DNA from: Klebsormidium nitens
Lineage: Eukaryota > Plantae > Klebsormidiophyceae
Assembly (NCBI GenBank): GCA_000708835.1
Contig: DF237214.1
Span: 1-64,000 of the forward strand
Reading direction: 5' to 3'
DNA: 64,000 nt
Part shown: piece after piece, positions 12,851 to 24,800 of the stretch
How the letters are laid out: every line of letters starts with the position of its first letter
How positions within the stretch are numbered: the first letter of the stretch is position 1
The notes under the pieces: model-generated
Databases searched by the model: none
Told to the model about the DNA's origin: nothing
Seen by the model: the letters and a program-made list of their open reading frames with translations, nothing else
Made by a program: the position numbers and the translations under genes

Positions 12851-13736
12851 TGTTTAGCCTCGACTTGCGATAAATGCCGCACTCTTTTATCGCGTTCCTT
12901 TCATCCCAGGGCCATAGTCTCGTGGTTCTTATACCGGGATCCCATGTTTGGCAAGTCAAAAGATTAAACCATAGGCTAAACTGAGACACACCGTGGCATG
13001 CACAGCATTGTGTCATTCATAAGTTCACCAATTTTCATGCTTCTTTCAGCTTTCTCTTTAACTGAGAAAGTGAGAAACAACAAAGAAGAGTTTTTGTTGG
13101 AAGCTACTCCAGAAGACGTCAGACGTCTTGTTATTGTGAGGTTTTCTGAAAGTGGGCGTCGGGATTTGCCTGGCGTCAGCCGCTATCTCCGACGGCGTCA
13201 CAGATCCAACGGTCTCGATTCCGGACGGCAGTTTTGTGAGGGTCTTGGAACCGTGTGATCGGCTTTGTCCATGCATGGCCCACGCCCACTTTAAACATAG
13301 TTTAGTCACCATATTAGTAGATTACATTCACTTTTTCACTAATGCATCTCTGTCTGGTCCTCGTTCCTTATGAGGTTTATATGCAGATGCAAAGATTAGT
13401 AACCTGAATGACAAGTATGCACTGCATATAATTGCATAGCGACCATCCTAATTTTGGATTAGAAGACAAACCTGTTCATTCACATATCTAGTATTCGCCT
13501 GTCTGGAAAGCCTTGAGGTACATGCGATTGACAGGAAAGATGGATAGCGGTTCTAATCAAACCGAGGTCGAACCTATCGGCTGTAGACGGTGTCGACTCA
13601 CTGTGTCAATGCGCAAAGTCCGTTCCGACCTTGACGATCTTGAAAACCTGATTACGGACCAGCGCAAGCCTTATGCTGACTAGACGCCCATCTGCGAGCA
13701 CCAATCAACCTCAGTACCTACTTACACCTATTGAGT

Positions 13737-16700
13737 CTAGCTCATCCGCTGCTGTTCGTCTTCGATCAGTATCCGCTTGCAAGCCTCATAGCACATGAAC
13801 GACATCCCTGCCGCAGGCATGAGCTTCATCCAGCTCGGCCCCAGTCCCCGGTAGAGGCCCGCGACGCCCTCCTTCTTCAGGATGCTGCTCAGCGCGTGGA
13901 AAACGTCGCGGTAAACTATGTGGCCGCTCACGGCGCCCACTTGCATCTGCTTTCGGGCCACCTCCAATGGGAAGGTGGACCCGCTCGCAATCGCCCCAGC
14001 AAGCGAACCGATGAACAGTGTGGCAAGGTTCCCTACCTGCAAGAATCAAGATGAAATCCATTGTCAAATGTGACTGGAAAGTTTGATTCATGAACTGTCG
14101 TTGTTGTTCTGCGGCATCATAGGCCAGCTTATCACGGAACTTCGTCGTCAAACCATTCGCGTTCTGCATCTCAGATTGTTGAGGTTCTGGTATGCAGTAC
14201 CTTCTAGAACGCGTGAGCAAGACAAAATCTGGGTCGTCTTGCAAGCAGACGGATCGCAGAGTACTCACACCCTCTTCGTACCCTGTTGCTGCGAAGCTTT
14301 CTCAACAAAACGCTGGTAACAAGCGAAACGGGACTATGTGCGGCAGTAAGGCCACCTATGCACTACAGGGACGGGCAACCAATTGCACGGAAACCAGCGG
14401 AACGCCCTCACCTTGTCCTTTTTCGTGACCTTCCGATAGGTGGCTTTCAACGAATCGTAGGCGTAATAGTTGACAGCGGCATACGGTATGACACCGATCA
14501 GACTGGGCGTGAGTCCTCGGTACAGCTCTTGGAAGCCCTCCTCACGCACGATCTTGGTAAGCGCGTCACCCATTCCGGTGTAAACCCCCCTCTGCAGAAT
14601 AAAACAATTGGTCTCAGTAACTGTCTTCTGCTAGACCCACTCCGTGAACACCCATTCGGCCAAGCATTACATGTGAAGACATGAAAGTTTCGCTAGATTA
14701 TCTTGATCTCTGCCACGTCGATCAATCAAAGAGCAAGCAGAACAAAAGCGCCCCCGTTTTCGTTGGGAGCAGACGACAATCCAACAACCAGCCTATCGAA
14801 TACGAATATGGAGCGCAGGAACCGGTCAAGATCGAGCTGCTGAGAGGGATGGTAAGCAGAATCTGTATACTAGTCAAGACTTTCTGTCACAGAGCATATA
14901 CTGAAGAGGTGTTCAGTACGGCATTGCTAACGAAACTGAGCGCCCCTAGCCACTTTTCTGGATACTGACGCGACAGTGAATCCAAAAAACTCCAGAGGCG
15001 GATGTGGGAACCCACAAATCAACACAGACCCCGTTTCTTACGTCAACACGATCTTCCTCGGCAAAACACGAGGACGGCCATCCCCACTGGTCCGCAAGTA
15101 ACAACCCACCCCCGTTCTTACGCATGCTGTCTTGACTGAACCAAATCTTAAACACTTGACCCTCATCTTCACAACTTACGACTAGGTGTTCTACTCAAGT
15201 TGCCCAGCATGTTGCTTGCACATAATAGTATCTGAAGCACGTGTACACTCTCAAAGCATAACGATGCTGTTTTCCTTCAGGATTTTTAGCAACTAACCAT
15301 TCTTTCTCTGGCAGTAAGCAGTCACGGCCCCTATCCAAATGGTATGTTGTGACAGGCCCTACAGACCCTTAGTACCAGCAGATTGCTACTCGATATTGAC
15401 TCTTGCAAATTATGGACACCATTGTCTGCCGAAACTTTTCGAACGGGTTGACAAACGTATAGCAGTCATCGTGGCCCATCGACCTTTGCTGCTGCCACTG
15501 CTGAGCCTGGGGTGTTCCGAGAAGCCAATCTACAGCCAGATCTCAAGCTCACCTGGATTGTCAGCCTGGTCTTCAGGAGCTCCAGGGGGTAGGTACATAG
15601 AGTGGAGGCCAGTCCTGCGGACGCCCCCGCCACGGTCGCCACAGGCAGCCCTGCCGGCAAATTGGCCGAGGACCCGTCCTTGGGCGTCAGTATGCGCTTG
15701 ACGGTGTCGAACGCGAATAACTGCAAGAAGGAAAACAGTCCATTGATCTGACAATCCTGAGAATGGAGACCTGCACACCGTCGCAAAGTGATTAATACAG
15801 TCTGTATGCAATGGCAGAGAACGTGCGCACTTCGTGCAAAGTCAATAGCTGCACCAAAGAAGGCCACTCAACGCAACTCTATAACAGGAGTGAATCAGAC
15901 AGTCAAGAACGTACTGCGTGCCTTCGTAGATGATGCTTGCAGTGCCAAGATCTAAGCAAACACCAACAAATGCCTTTCGAACAAAAGCTTGCAGATGCAG
16001 AGAGCTAAGCAGACACCGACGAACTTTTTGTGTTGAATAGTCTCCCTCAAACTGGAAAGGGCTATGTGTTGAATAGTCTCCCTCAAACTGGAAAGGGCTA
16101 GGTAGTACTTGAGCTGGTAACAAGCAAAGGCTAGTGAATTGTGAAGCACCACTGGTTGTGACGGGCGTGCGAGAAGGCCTCCACTAAGACCAAGACGGCA
16201 AAAGCTCGACAACAAAGTGATGAAACAACACAAGAGTGCATCCATAGACGCATGTTCTGCTGTCTTGTGTACTGTCTTAAACCTTCGCACGAACCACAGA
16301 CGACAAAGTGAATGATGAGTGCGGCATGCCTGCAACATTCACCGCACCACAACCTTTGATCTTCCAATTTTTCTTAACGGAATTTTTAGAGTCATGAAAG
16401 CTGCTGTACTCAACAAAGAGGACCCCAAAATGCAACCGGTCTGGACTGAAAACATGTGTAGATAACTAAAGCAGCCGATGTCCTCAGCAAGATGGATCGT
16501 CATTCCTCATTGGTCTGGCACACTGTCATCAAAGCCATACCCCACCCCTGAGTAAATGACACTAGTACTTTGCAATAAGAACAAGATCCCATGTTGCCAA
16601 GTAGAATCCAGCGGTCCATCATCACATCTGACAGTCTCGACAAGAACCACAAGCTGCTTATACTAAGAAACTACTCAAGAAATGCTCCTCCCACTGAAGA

Positions 16701-18454
16701 AACTACTTTGAAAATCAGCACATGTTAGTGCACCAGACCCACGATGCTCCTGCCGCCTGAAGGTCACAGACGAGATGATACTTTATCTTTAAGGCCATGC
16801 ATAGAGTGCTTCAGCTAAGCAATGAAACCCTAACAGATCATGGCTGTGCGAATTGCATCCAAATTTCAAAAACATCATCTCAAAACTTCTGCAAACCAGA
16901 ATCGATCATCACAGGGGCGAATGCGCATGTCAGCATTGCGCATGCACAAGAGCATGTGCACACTTCAGCAAAATCAGCTTGCAACAGCAGTTGCTCCAGC
17001 TGTCCATGCAAAAAATGCAGCGTCAACAACAAGCTAAGCGAACCGGTAATAAACCAGATACCACAGATCTTGGACATGAAAAGTTGTTTGTAAGAAAACA
17101 CGCAATGACGGCCATAGAAAGGTGAGAGGGAGCAATGTGAAAGATCTAAATACAGAATCTCCTGAAATGAGTATATACACCGGCAAATTGATGCTGCGTA
17201 CGTTACATACACTACCAACAACACTGCAAAGAGGTTGCTCATCAGCTTGATTAAGAACATACATCAATCTCCTGAGGCTCCCAGCATCTTTTCAGCACTT
17301 GTAACTTGCTCAACCTTGATCCCAACAAGACTCGCCAGCACATGAGATGACAAAACACTCGTCTCCACATCATTACCAACAAGTTGGAAGCACCCCTTAA
17401 TCCAATTTGCGCTCTCACCTCAATGGCTTTGCTCGGTGCGACCCTAAGCACATTCACACCATTCCCGCGGAACAACCCCCGCCACCCCTCGTTTGCAAGG
17501 ATATTTGAAAACACCTCCCCAATGTTCTTCCCGTTGCTACCGACCATCAAATGCGTGCGCAGCGTTTCCAACGGGGCAACCGCCGTCCTCGACACTGCCC
17601 CCGCAAATGCCCCGCTGATCAGTCGCTTCGCAGCAACATTCTTAACCTTAACCCGTAGCTTCGTAGTCGATAACCGCCCCTTTGCCTTTTGCTTGACTTC
17701 TTGCACCGCCTCCCCTGCGTCCTTAACCCCTTTCCGGATCTGTTCCCGGGTTTCGCTAACCGTCTGCCTGGCAGTCTCCTCCCCTTGCCTTCCCTCCTCC
17801 GCCTTCTTCCCCAGCACGTACTGCTCCGCCGCCTCGTCGAACTCTTCATATCTAGGAGCGGGCCCAAATCCGAGCACTGATGCGACCGGCGGCTTGTGAC
17901 GCCGACCCCCCCGTCTCCTTATAGTCTCAGCGGGTGCACCTGCGCCATCAGTGGTGTAAGTTTGGAATTGTATGCCGCGGCCGGAAGTGCTGGGTATAGG
18001 GTCGACATTGGTTTCCGGGGGGAAAAGGCCTGCAAGCGGGGCAAGGAGTTTCTGCAACTCCAGCTTTCCGAAGCCCTGAGTGGACAGAGAGGCGAACAGG
18101 GGGGGGAAGCTCAGGGCCTCGTCCATGACGGCTGGAGCGAGAAGGCGAACGATAGCGCTCCTGAGTCCCCTCTGAGTCCCCCCTACTCAATGCTTTGTCT
18201 CTCCAGTACAACATGGAAATGGAGAGACGGCAATGTGGAAGAACTTCAAGAAGGGCTACGTAGCCGGAGTTGGTTCAAGCTTGAACTTGGGTCGTATCCC
18301 CTCACTGACCTTTACCGTTATCAAACCGTTGATCCCGATTCGACACCCCAATCCGAAGGTGCCAGCTGAGCTGTGCAGGTCCACGTGGTGAATCGACTTG
18401 GGCCGGGCCCAGCAGCGTCAAGAGCGCTTCGCCGCTTATCGCAAATGTCATCAT
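13737..18454 (-). CDS. BT1: Mitochondrial carrier family adenine-nucleotide transporter, Brittle-1 (BT1)-like
   Basis: Three MCF repeats with PX[DE]XX[KR]X[RK] signatures: VAPLETLRTHLMVG, TYPLELLKTRLTIQ and TFPLEVARKQMQVG. Also GLFRGNGVNVLRVAPSKAIE and GLYRGLGPSWMKLMPAAG. Exons approx. 18454-18309, 18186-17419, 15720-15553, ~14590-14413 and ~14040-13737. The start codon is uncertain (18454 or 18496). Confidence 0.9.
16029..16100. repeat. 36-bp perfect tandem duplication in a BT1 intron
   Basis: TGTGTTGAATAGTCTCCCTCAAACTGGAAAGGGCTA occurs twice in tandem. Confidence 0.9.
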
Positions 18455-18824
18455 GATCAACGGAGCCTCCCGATGAAGCCCAGGGCCGATGAACATATCC
18501 GACGGCTCGACTTGGGGCCAATCAGTGGATTGACGGTGGCTATTGCATAGGGAGCCCAGCGCCAGCCTCCAGGACGTTCGGAATCCGCCCCCGGCTCTCG
18601 TTTGCTCAGGACTTCCTTGCTCCCTTATTAGTTATAATTGCATGCCTGAGTTGACACAAACACACATGAGCATGGCATTGGCAGCGCTAGCAGAAGGAAA
18701 GGACAGCTAGAGCTGAGAGGCGCCACTTCAGGCCACTTCAGGAGCTTTCTGACTTCTCTCATTGCAACAGGCAAGGAGGAATTTGGATGTAGGCGAGGTG
18801 AAAGTCTGTTCTCGAATTGTGGAC
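18455..18824. promoter_or_regulatory. Compact head-to-head (probably bidirectional) promoter region between BT1 and the CCCH gene
   Basis: The inferred start codons diverge ~370 bp apart. A GCCAATCA (CCAAT) box lies near 18516. Confidence 0.45.
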
Positions 18825-21800
18825 ATGGATGGCTATCCTCCGGGCTTTAGCCCCAATGGTGAGGGGGGCCAACAGTCTGGTCGTTTGCTTCCCGAGTTTG
18901 CGTTCAAAACCCTCCCTTTCCCTCCTCCTCCGGGTTTTCCTTACCCCAGACCATTCATCAGCAATGCCCCGTTGCAGGATCAAGTCATGCCGGTGCCCTT
19001 CAACGCTGCTGCACCACCATTCCACAATGGTCCACCTATGTGGCTCAACTCAGAACCCCAGGTAAGGCTGAAGCAGGGTGCGATCCTGGCTTTTTATGAT
19101 AGGTGCATCACTTTCATCCTTGCAATGATCAGCTGTCAAAGGCAGCTGCGTGTGGCTGTACAGAGTCTGATGGTTTCTGAGAGCTCCATCTGGCAGACTG
19201 CCATGAGCAATGCTGTCACTGCTGATGTTCTTTAGCTCTGATCAATCAAGGCCAGGTTCAATTCTCGACGCGAGCTTTGTGCAGAAAAAAAGACTTTCTG
19301 GGTTGCAAATCATAGAATTTTGGTGGACTCCACATGAAGAAACTGCTGCAGCATCCCAGTGGGACGTTACAGGCTTAATCTGAAACGTGCTCTTTGAATC
19401 AACCATGAGTTCCAACATGATTATGAAGTTTCATGCTCTGGTCTAATTTTGGCTACCTTTTGACGGTACCTTTTTTGTGGAATGTATCCAAGAAAACCAC
19501 AACAGCTCATGATATGTTCCAGGGATGGTCTGAAAAGCATGCTGCTACTTCATGGTTAGATTGGTGACATAGCTTTCTGATTTGGCGCCTATTGTATTAA
19601 TGTCGGCCTGAGTTTGAAGGCATCAGAATGATGATTGTGTTTTTTCCTCAGGGGTTGCTGCCATTCCCTGGGCCACCAGGTGCGAGGCCTTTCAGAGGCA
19701 GAGACAACAACCAGGGTCCATGGCTTCAAAGGGTGTTACAGCAACCTGGCGGAGGTTTCGGTGGAGCAGCAGGCAGTCCCAGGTTCAGCGGCAGTGTCAG
19801 CAGGCCAGCATGGGTTGAGGACATACTGGCGCAAGATTCAGTGGTTCCAAGCAAGAACCATACGAGCCAGAGTCCGGGCCAAGTTGGAGGTAGCATGCCA
19901 GGGGGCGGCCAGAGAGTGGTTGAGAGTGCTCGGAAGCGCAGCAAGGAAGAGGGGGGTCCAGGGGGGCCAGCCAAGCGCGCGAGGAATGGGGAGAGGGAAG
20001 GAAGGGACCTGCAAGAGAATACGAGAATTGCTGAGAGAGGAGAGGGGAAGGCGGCATTTGCTCAGGGTATCACTTCAAGCAGCACTGCAAAGGCCGGGAA
20101 GGCTGTCAGGTTGAGAAGCAGTGAAGTTGACGCTCAAGAAGGAAGAAGACTGCAGCCAAGGGGTGGGAGGGGAGCCAGTGTCAAACAAGGAGCGAGCGAG
20201 GAACTTCGGAAGCGCAACGCGGAGGAGCGCACTGACTCAAGGGGGGGTGCTTGGGCATCTCAGCGAGGAGCTGAACGAGATGAGGGCAGAAAAGCTGGTG
20301 AATTGCTCAAAGACTCTCCTGGAAAGCCAGAAAACCAACGGAAGCCGGAGGGGTCTCTAACGGGCGCGCCAGAGTTCAGGGGCGTCTCTTCGCCGCCAGG
20401 GTTCCAGGACCCTCGGGTTTTCCAGCTGAGCACCCCCCTGCAGCGCCACAGAGATTCCCCCACCCCCCCGAAGACCTCCCCCCTTGCGGACGCTATTAAG
20501 CAGAAGGTGCAGCTGTGGCAGAGTGCCAAGGCGGGAACAGCTTCAGGGGGGGGTGTTAACGACAGCCATGGGAAAGACGTACAGACAAGTCGGAGAGAGG
20601 GTTTCAACACCGCTCGCGGGGCACCTGTTGATATCCGGCGGGAGGGGGGAGTTCGCACTGATCAGCGTGGGGGTCCCAACTCCAACCAAGGGGGGGGTCA
20701 AGTCTCTGCAACGCTGGTGAACAGGCTGCCAAGCCCTTTGGTTGGCCACCCTCGAGATTGGCAGAAGCTCTCGGCGGGGCGAGGAGGGGGCGGGCGATTG
20801 TCACATCCGGTTGGGGGGGACCAAGGAACCGTACTGACTAGTCACGCTCAACTTGCTCAGCGCCTGGCAGAAATCAAGGAGCGCTTCTCCGCGACTCCTC
20901 CCTTAAAGCTGGCGGCGCCCTCTGTCCATTGGAAACCCCTAGAACGGCCTCCCTCGGCAGAAGCCCCTTGGGACCCAGTCAAAGACTTTGTTGCAGAAAT
21001 CAAGGAACGCGTTTCGTCTCCGACTGGGAAGGTTACAACGGAGCATGCGTCCGGCAGAAAAAATCCGGAATCCAAACCCCCTGAACGTGGCCAGGCAAAT
21101 GAACGCCTTGCTCGGATCAAGGAGCGCCTTTCCATCACTCCCCCCCCGCCTGAAAGGAGCCCCTCTGGAGGTCCAGAGCCCGAGACCCCTGCTGCCAACT
21201 CGCGCCTTGCACAGATTAAGGAGCGGCTCTCCTTCCCTGCTGCCAAAAACAAGCCACGGGAGAACACCCCCTCCACCTCATTTCCTCGTCCATCCCCGGC
21301 CCCCATCTTGATTGCACCCCCACCGTCAGTGTTCCCACCCCCCCAAAACCCCCGTCCCAGAAGCTCACAGACCGCAGCTCCCAGCATTTCAGTGAAGGCG
21401 CCTGTGTCGGTCCAGAAGGCGACTGAAGTGGCTGGAGCAGGGACGAGTGAGGATTCTGGTGGTGAAAATAGGGGCCCAGAGACTGGTGTAAATAGGGACA
21501 CCACACCTGCGGGGAGCGGTGCGGGGGCAGGGCAGCCTGACGGTGTGAATAAGCACCAGGAGGGGAAGCAGCTGAAGGACCGGCAGGTGTGGAAGATCCC
21601 TGAGAGGCTGCAAAAGCTGCTGGACCAAGGTATGGTTTAAGAGGGTTTTGGACTGGCGCATGTCGAGTATCAGGAAGGCTCAGACTGTTTAGCTGCATCT
21701 TGCTTTACTCCTTCTCCTATGAGGTCTTTTGAACTGACAAGGTGGATTGCACGCTCTCTTGTCCATATTCTATGTTCTTCCCCCAGCCTTCTTTCCAGTG

Positions 21801-24800
21801 TATGCTTATTCTTCTTGCAACAGTTCTGCAACGTTGAAACCATGTACGACTTGATCTACTTTAAGTTTTGTACAATTAATTGCAAGAACTTGGCAAACCA
21901 CTGTTCTGTCAACAGCCGCACACTTTTCCAGGACTGTTGAAGGGTCTCTTTTGCTTCTCAAACTGCAACCCCATGCTTTCTGCATGGTCGATCTTATGAC
22001 TAGTGCTGCGGCACACATGCATGGATCCTTGTTACCATCATCAAATCCCCCAGTGTTTGCATCCTAACCACAGTCTGTGATCACTCCTCTTGCAGGACTG
22101 GTGAAGGACCCCCCTCCTGCCGCCCATCCCCCCAGCGCGCAGGCAGTCCAAGCCCTAAACCTGATGCATGGCGCGTCCAAGCTGTCCAAGAAGCAACTCC
22201 AGCGGCTTAAGGGCCAGGCGCACGAGTCCAAGGAGTTGGCCAAGCTGCAGGGGATCGTCGGGATGCACAACGTGCCGCTCATCATGCAGACGTACTGGGA
22301 GGTGAAGGGCCGGCCGAACGCTGCTGATGGTGAGTCGACGTCTATTGGGTGTCAAGACTTGGTTGAAGTGTGGATTGGAATTTGAGTGTATGTCTTCGTC
22401 GCCGCTTTGGGCGGCTCCTTATGTAGGGACGTGAAGGGCCGACCAAATGCTGCTGATGGAAGGCTAGGTTCAAGTGGGTGTCAAGGTTCGGCTCGATGGT
22501 TCTTTGCCAACCTGCACAGTTAAAGGTTGATGCTGTAAGATCTGCTATTTCCCCCCACCTTTTCATCACGATTGCAAGCACTGGGAAAAAAATAAAAGTT
22601 TTGATTCTAAAACATCGCATATTCTCGATTGAGATTCATATGTTGTCAGCCCCTGTTTCAGGATTCAGGTGATACAGGACAGGTTTTGAGGTAAGACCTG
22701 ACCTCTACTTACCTTCGGGCGATGGGACGCTTTGCTAGCCTTTACATAAGACCTCTCCCTACTCGAGCTCCTGAGGGCTCACTTGATGGAAAGTTGCCAA
22801 TACTAAACTCCCCTCTTACCCATCCTCAAGGTGCGGCGTCGAACTCTAGCGAGCCCCTGTTCCCGATCCACGAGCAGATCAAGATCTTGCGCCAGGTGGC
22901 GCGGAAGTCGCGGAAGAAGCTCGGCAAGCTGCGCAAAAAGGAAGCCCTGCAGCAGCGGCAGCAAACTTCCGGGGGGGTAGAGAAGCCCGGGACCGGCCCC
23001 ACCGTTGCTTGTGGGGGTACTGCAAAGCTGGAAGGCGAGCCTGGTGGACCCGGGGGGGCGCCTGGAAAGCTGGCGGCGAACCCCAGTTCGGATGTGGAAA
23101 ACGGAGCAAGTGCAGTGGGGGCGGATTTGAAGGGGGCGAGCATTTCCGAAGGAGGGGGTAGTGTAAGAAGTCTGGGGAGCGAAGCTGTCGGAACAGGGGG
23201 CACTGGGAGCGGTCCCAAGGAGTCGCGGGTTGAACGCACTGCAGCAGGGCTGGAAATTAGTCAGAGGAGCGTTTTGGGGGAGGCGGCGGTCGTCACGGCT
23301 GGCTCCAATGCGAGGAAAGGCTTGATCGGGTCAGGGCCAAAGGTGGGGCAGGGCGCTAGCGAGGGTTTGAGGGGTTCGGAGGATGGCGACGTCAGTGGGG
23401 CTCCTGTGACGAGAAGAGCGGATTCTGGTTTGGGTCGTGAGAAGACGCTGTCAGGGGACACAGAAATGCTTGGAGGTGTTGGTCATGCATTGGCGTCTGG
23501 GCAGAGCAGGGGACAGGTAACGGCGCAGGGGAAGACTAGTGGGGTCAGCGAAGCGCGTCAGAAGCCATCTGACGTAAGCAGCAACGCTGAGAGACGAGCG
23601 GATCCTTGCGCATCAATTATGGTCGCGCCAGTTGGCAGCACCGTTGGTCGCCAGGTGGCGGCAGAGGCGGGCGAGCGCAAAGCCGACGAGGGAGTTTCCA
23701 GGTTGAACGGGCAATCTGGAGTGATTAACACTGTGGGAAAGGGCGTCTCACAGCCAACCTCGGAAGGAGAGAGTCGGGGTGACGATGTTGGGCAGCAAAA
23801 AGCGGCTTTGAAGGCTGGGGAGGATTTGAAGGGAAAGCTCGTGGAGACAGTGACTGGGAAGAGAAAGGCGGCCGGGGGGTCGGAAAGTGTAGCCTTCAAG
23901 AAGCATGCGGGGGGAAGCGGCGGCAAAGCTGGGGCCTCCAAAGGGCTGCTGGAGAAGGCTTCGGAGCTGGATGGATTCAAGGCGCGAGAGAATCTGACCA
24001 GTGCGGTTGCTCATACGGAGCCGGTTCAGTTGGAAACAGGAGGTGGAACGAGTGTCCAACCTGGAGGTTCAAGTGTACAGCCGAAAGCAGTCCTCTCGGC
24101 AGAACAGGGGCTAGCCAAAAGTGCAGGATTGCCTGGGGTCGGGTTGGCGGGCACGCCTGCTCTTTCTGGGTCCAACGAATTGCCCCAGTCGAGCAGCGGG
24201 AAGTCAGGGTATCCCTCAGATCCAACGAAAGCGGGAGCCCAAGCGCCTGCTCAGAGGTCGGAGCATCCTCTTGCCGAGCCGGTGCAAACCAAACCCCTTT
24301 CTGCAAAACTGCAGAGCGCTCCCTCAGCTGCCGAGCCGGCTCCAGGGTGGCGCTCTCTGCCAGCTGGCGCTGTCTTGGGGACCCGTCCGCTGACATCAGC
24401 GCCCCCTGGTGTTGTTAAGCCCCCGGCCGTGGACGAGGGCTTGCTCGCCGAGTTGCGGGCGAAAGCGCTCGCGTCCCAGTGCAAGAAGGCGTCCGAAGCG
24501 GTGGTCAAGCCGTCCGAAACAACGGTCAAGCCGTCCATAACGACGGTCACGTTGTCCGAAACGACGGTTAGGGTGTCCGAAAGGACGATCAGGTTGTCCG
24601 AAGGGGTGTTCGGAGCGTCCGAAACGGTCGTTGGGGCGTTGGGAACGAGAGTCATGGCGTCTGAAACTGTGGAAAGTCAGACTGCGGTGGTTGTGAGGGC
24701 GTCCGACGCCGTGAGGCAGCCGTCCGCAACAGCAGAGAAGGCGTCCGAAACGGCTGGGGCACGGTCTGTGGAAGCAGGGAAAGCGTCTGATATTGCAGCG

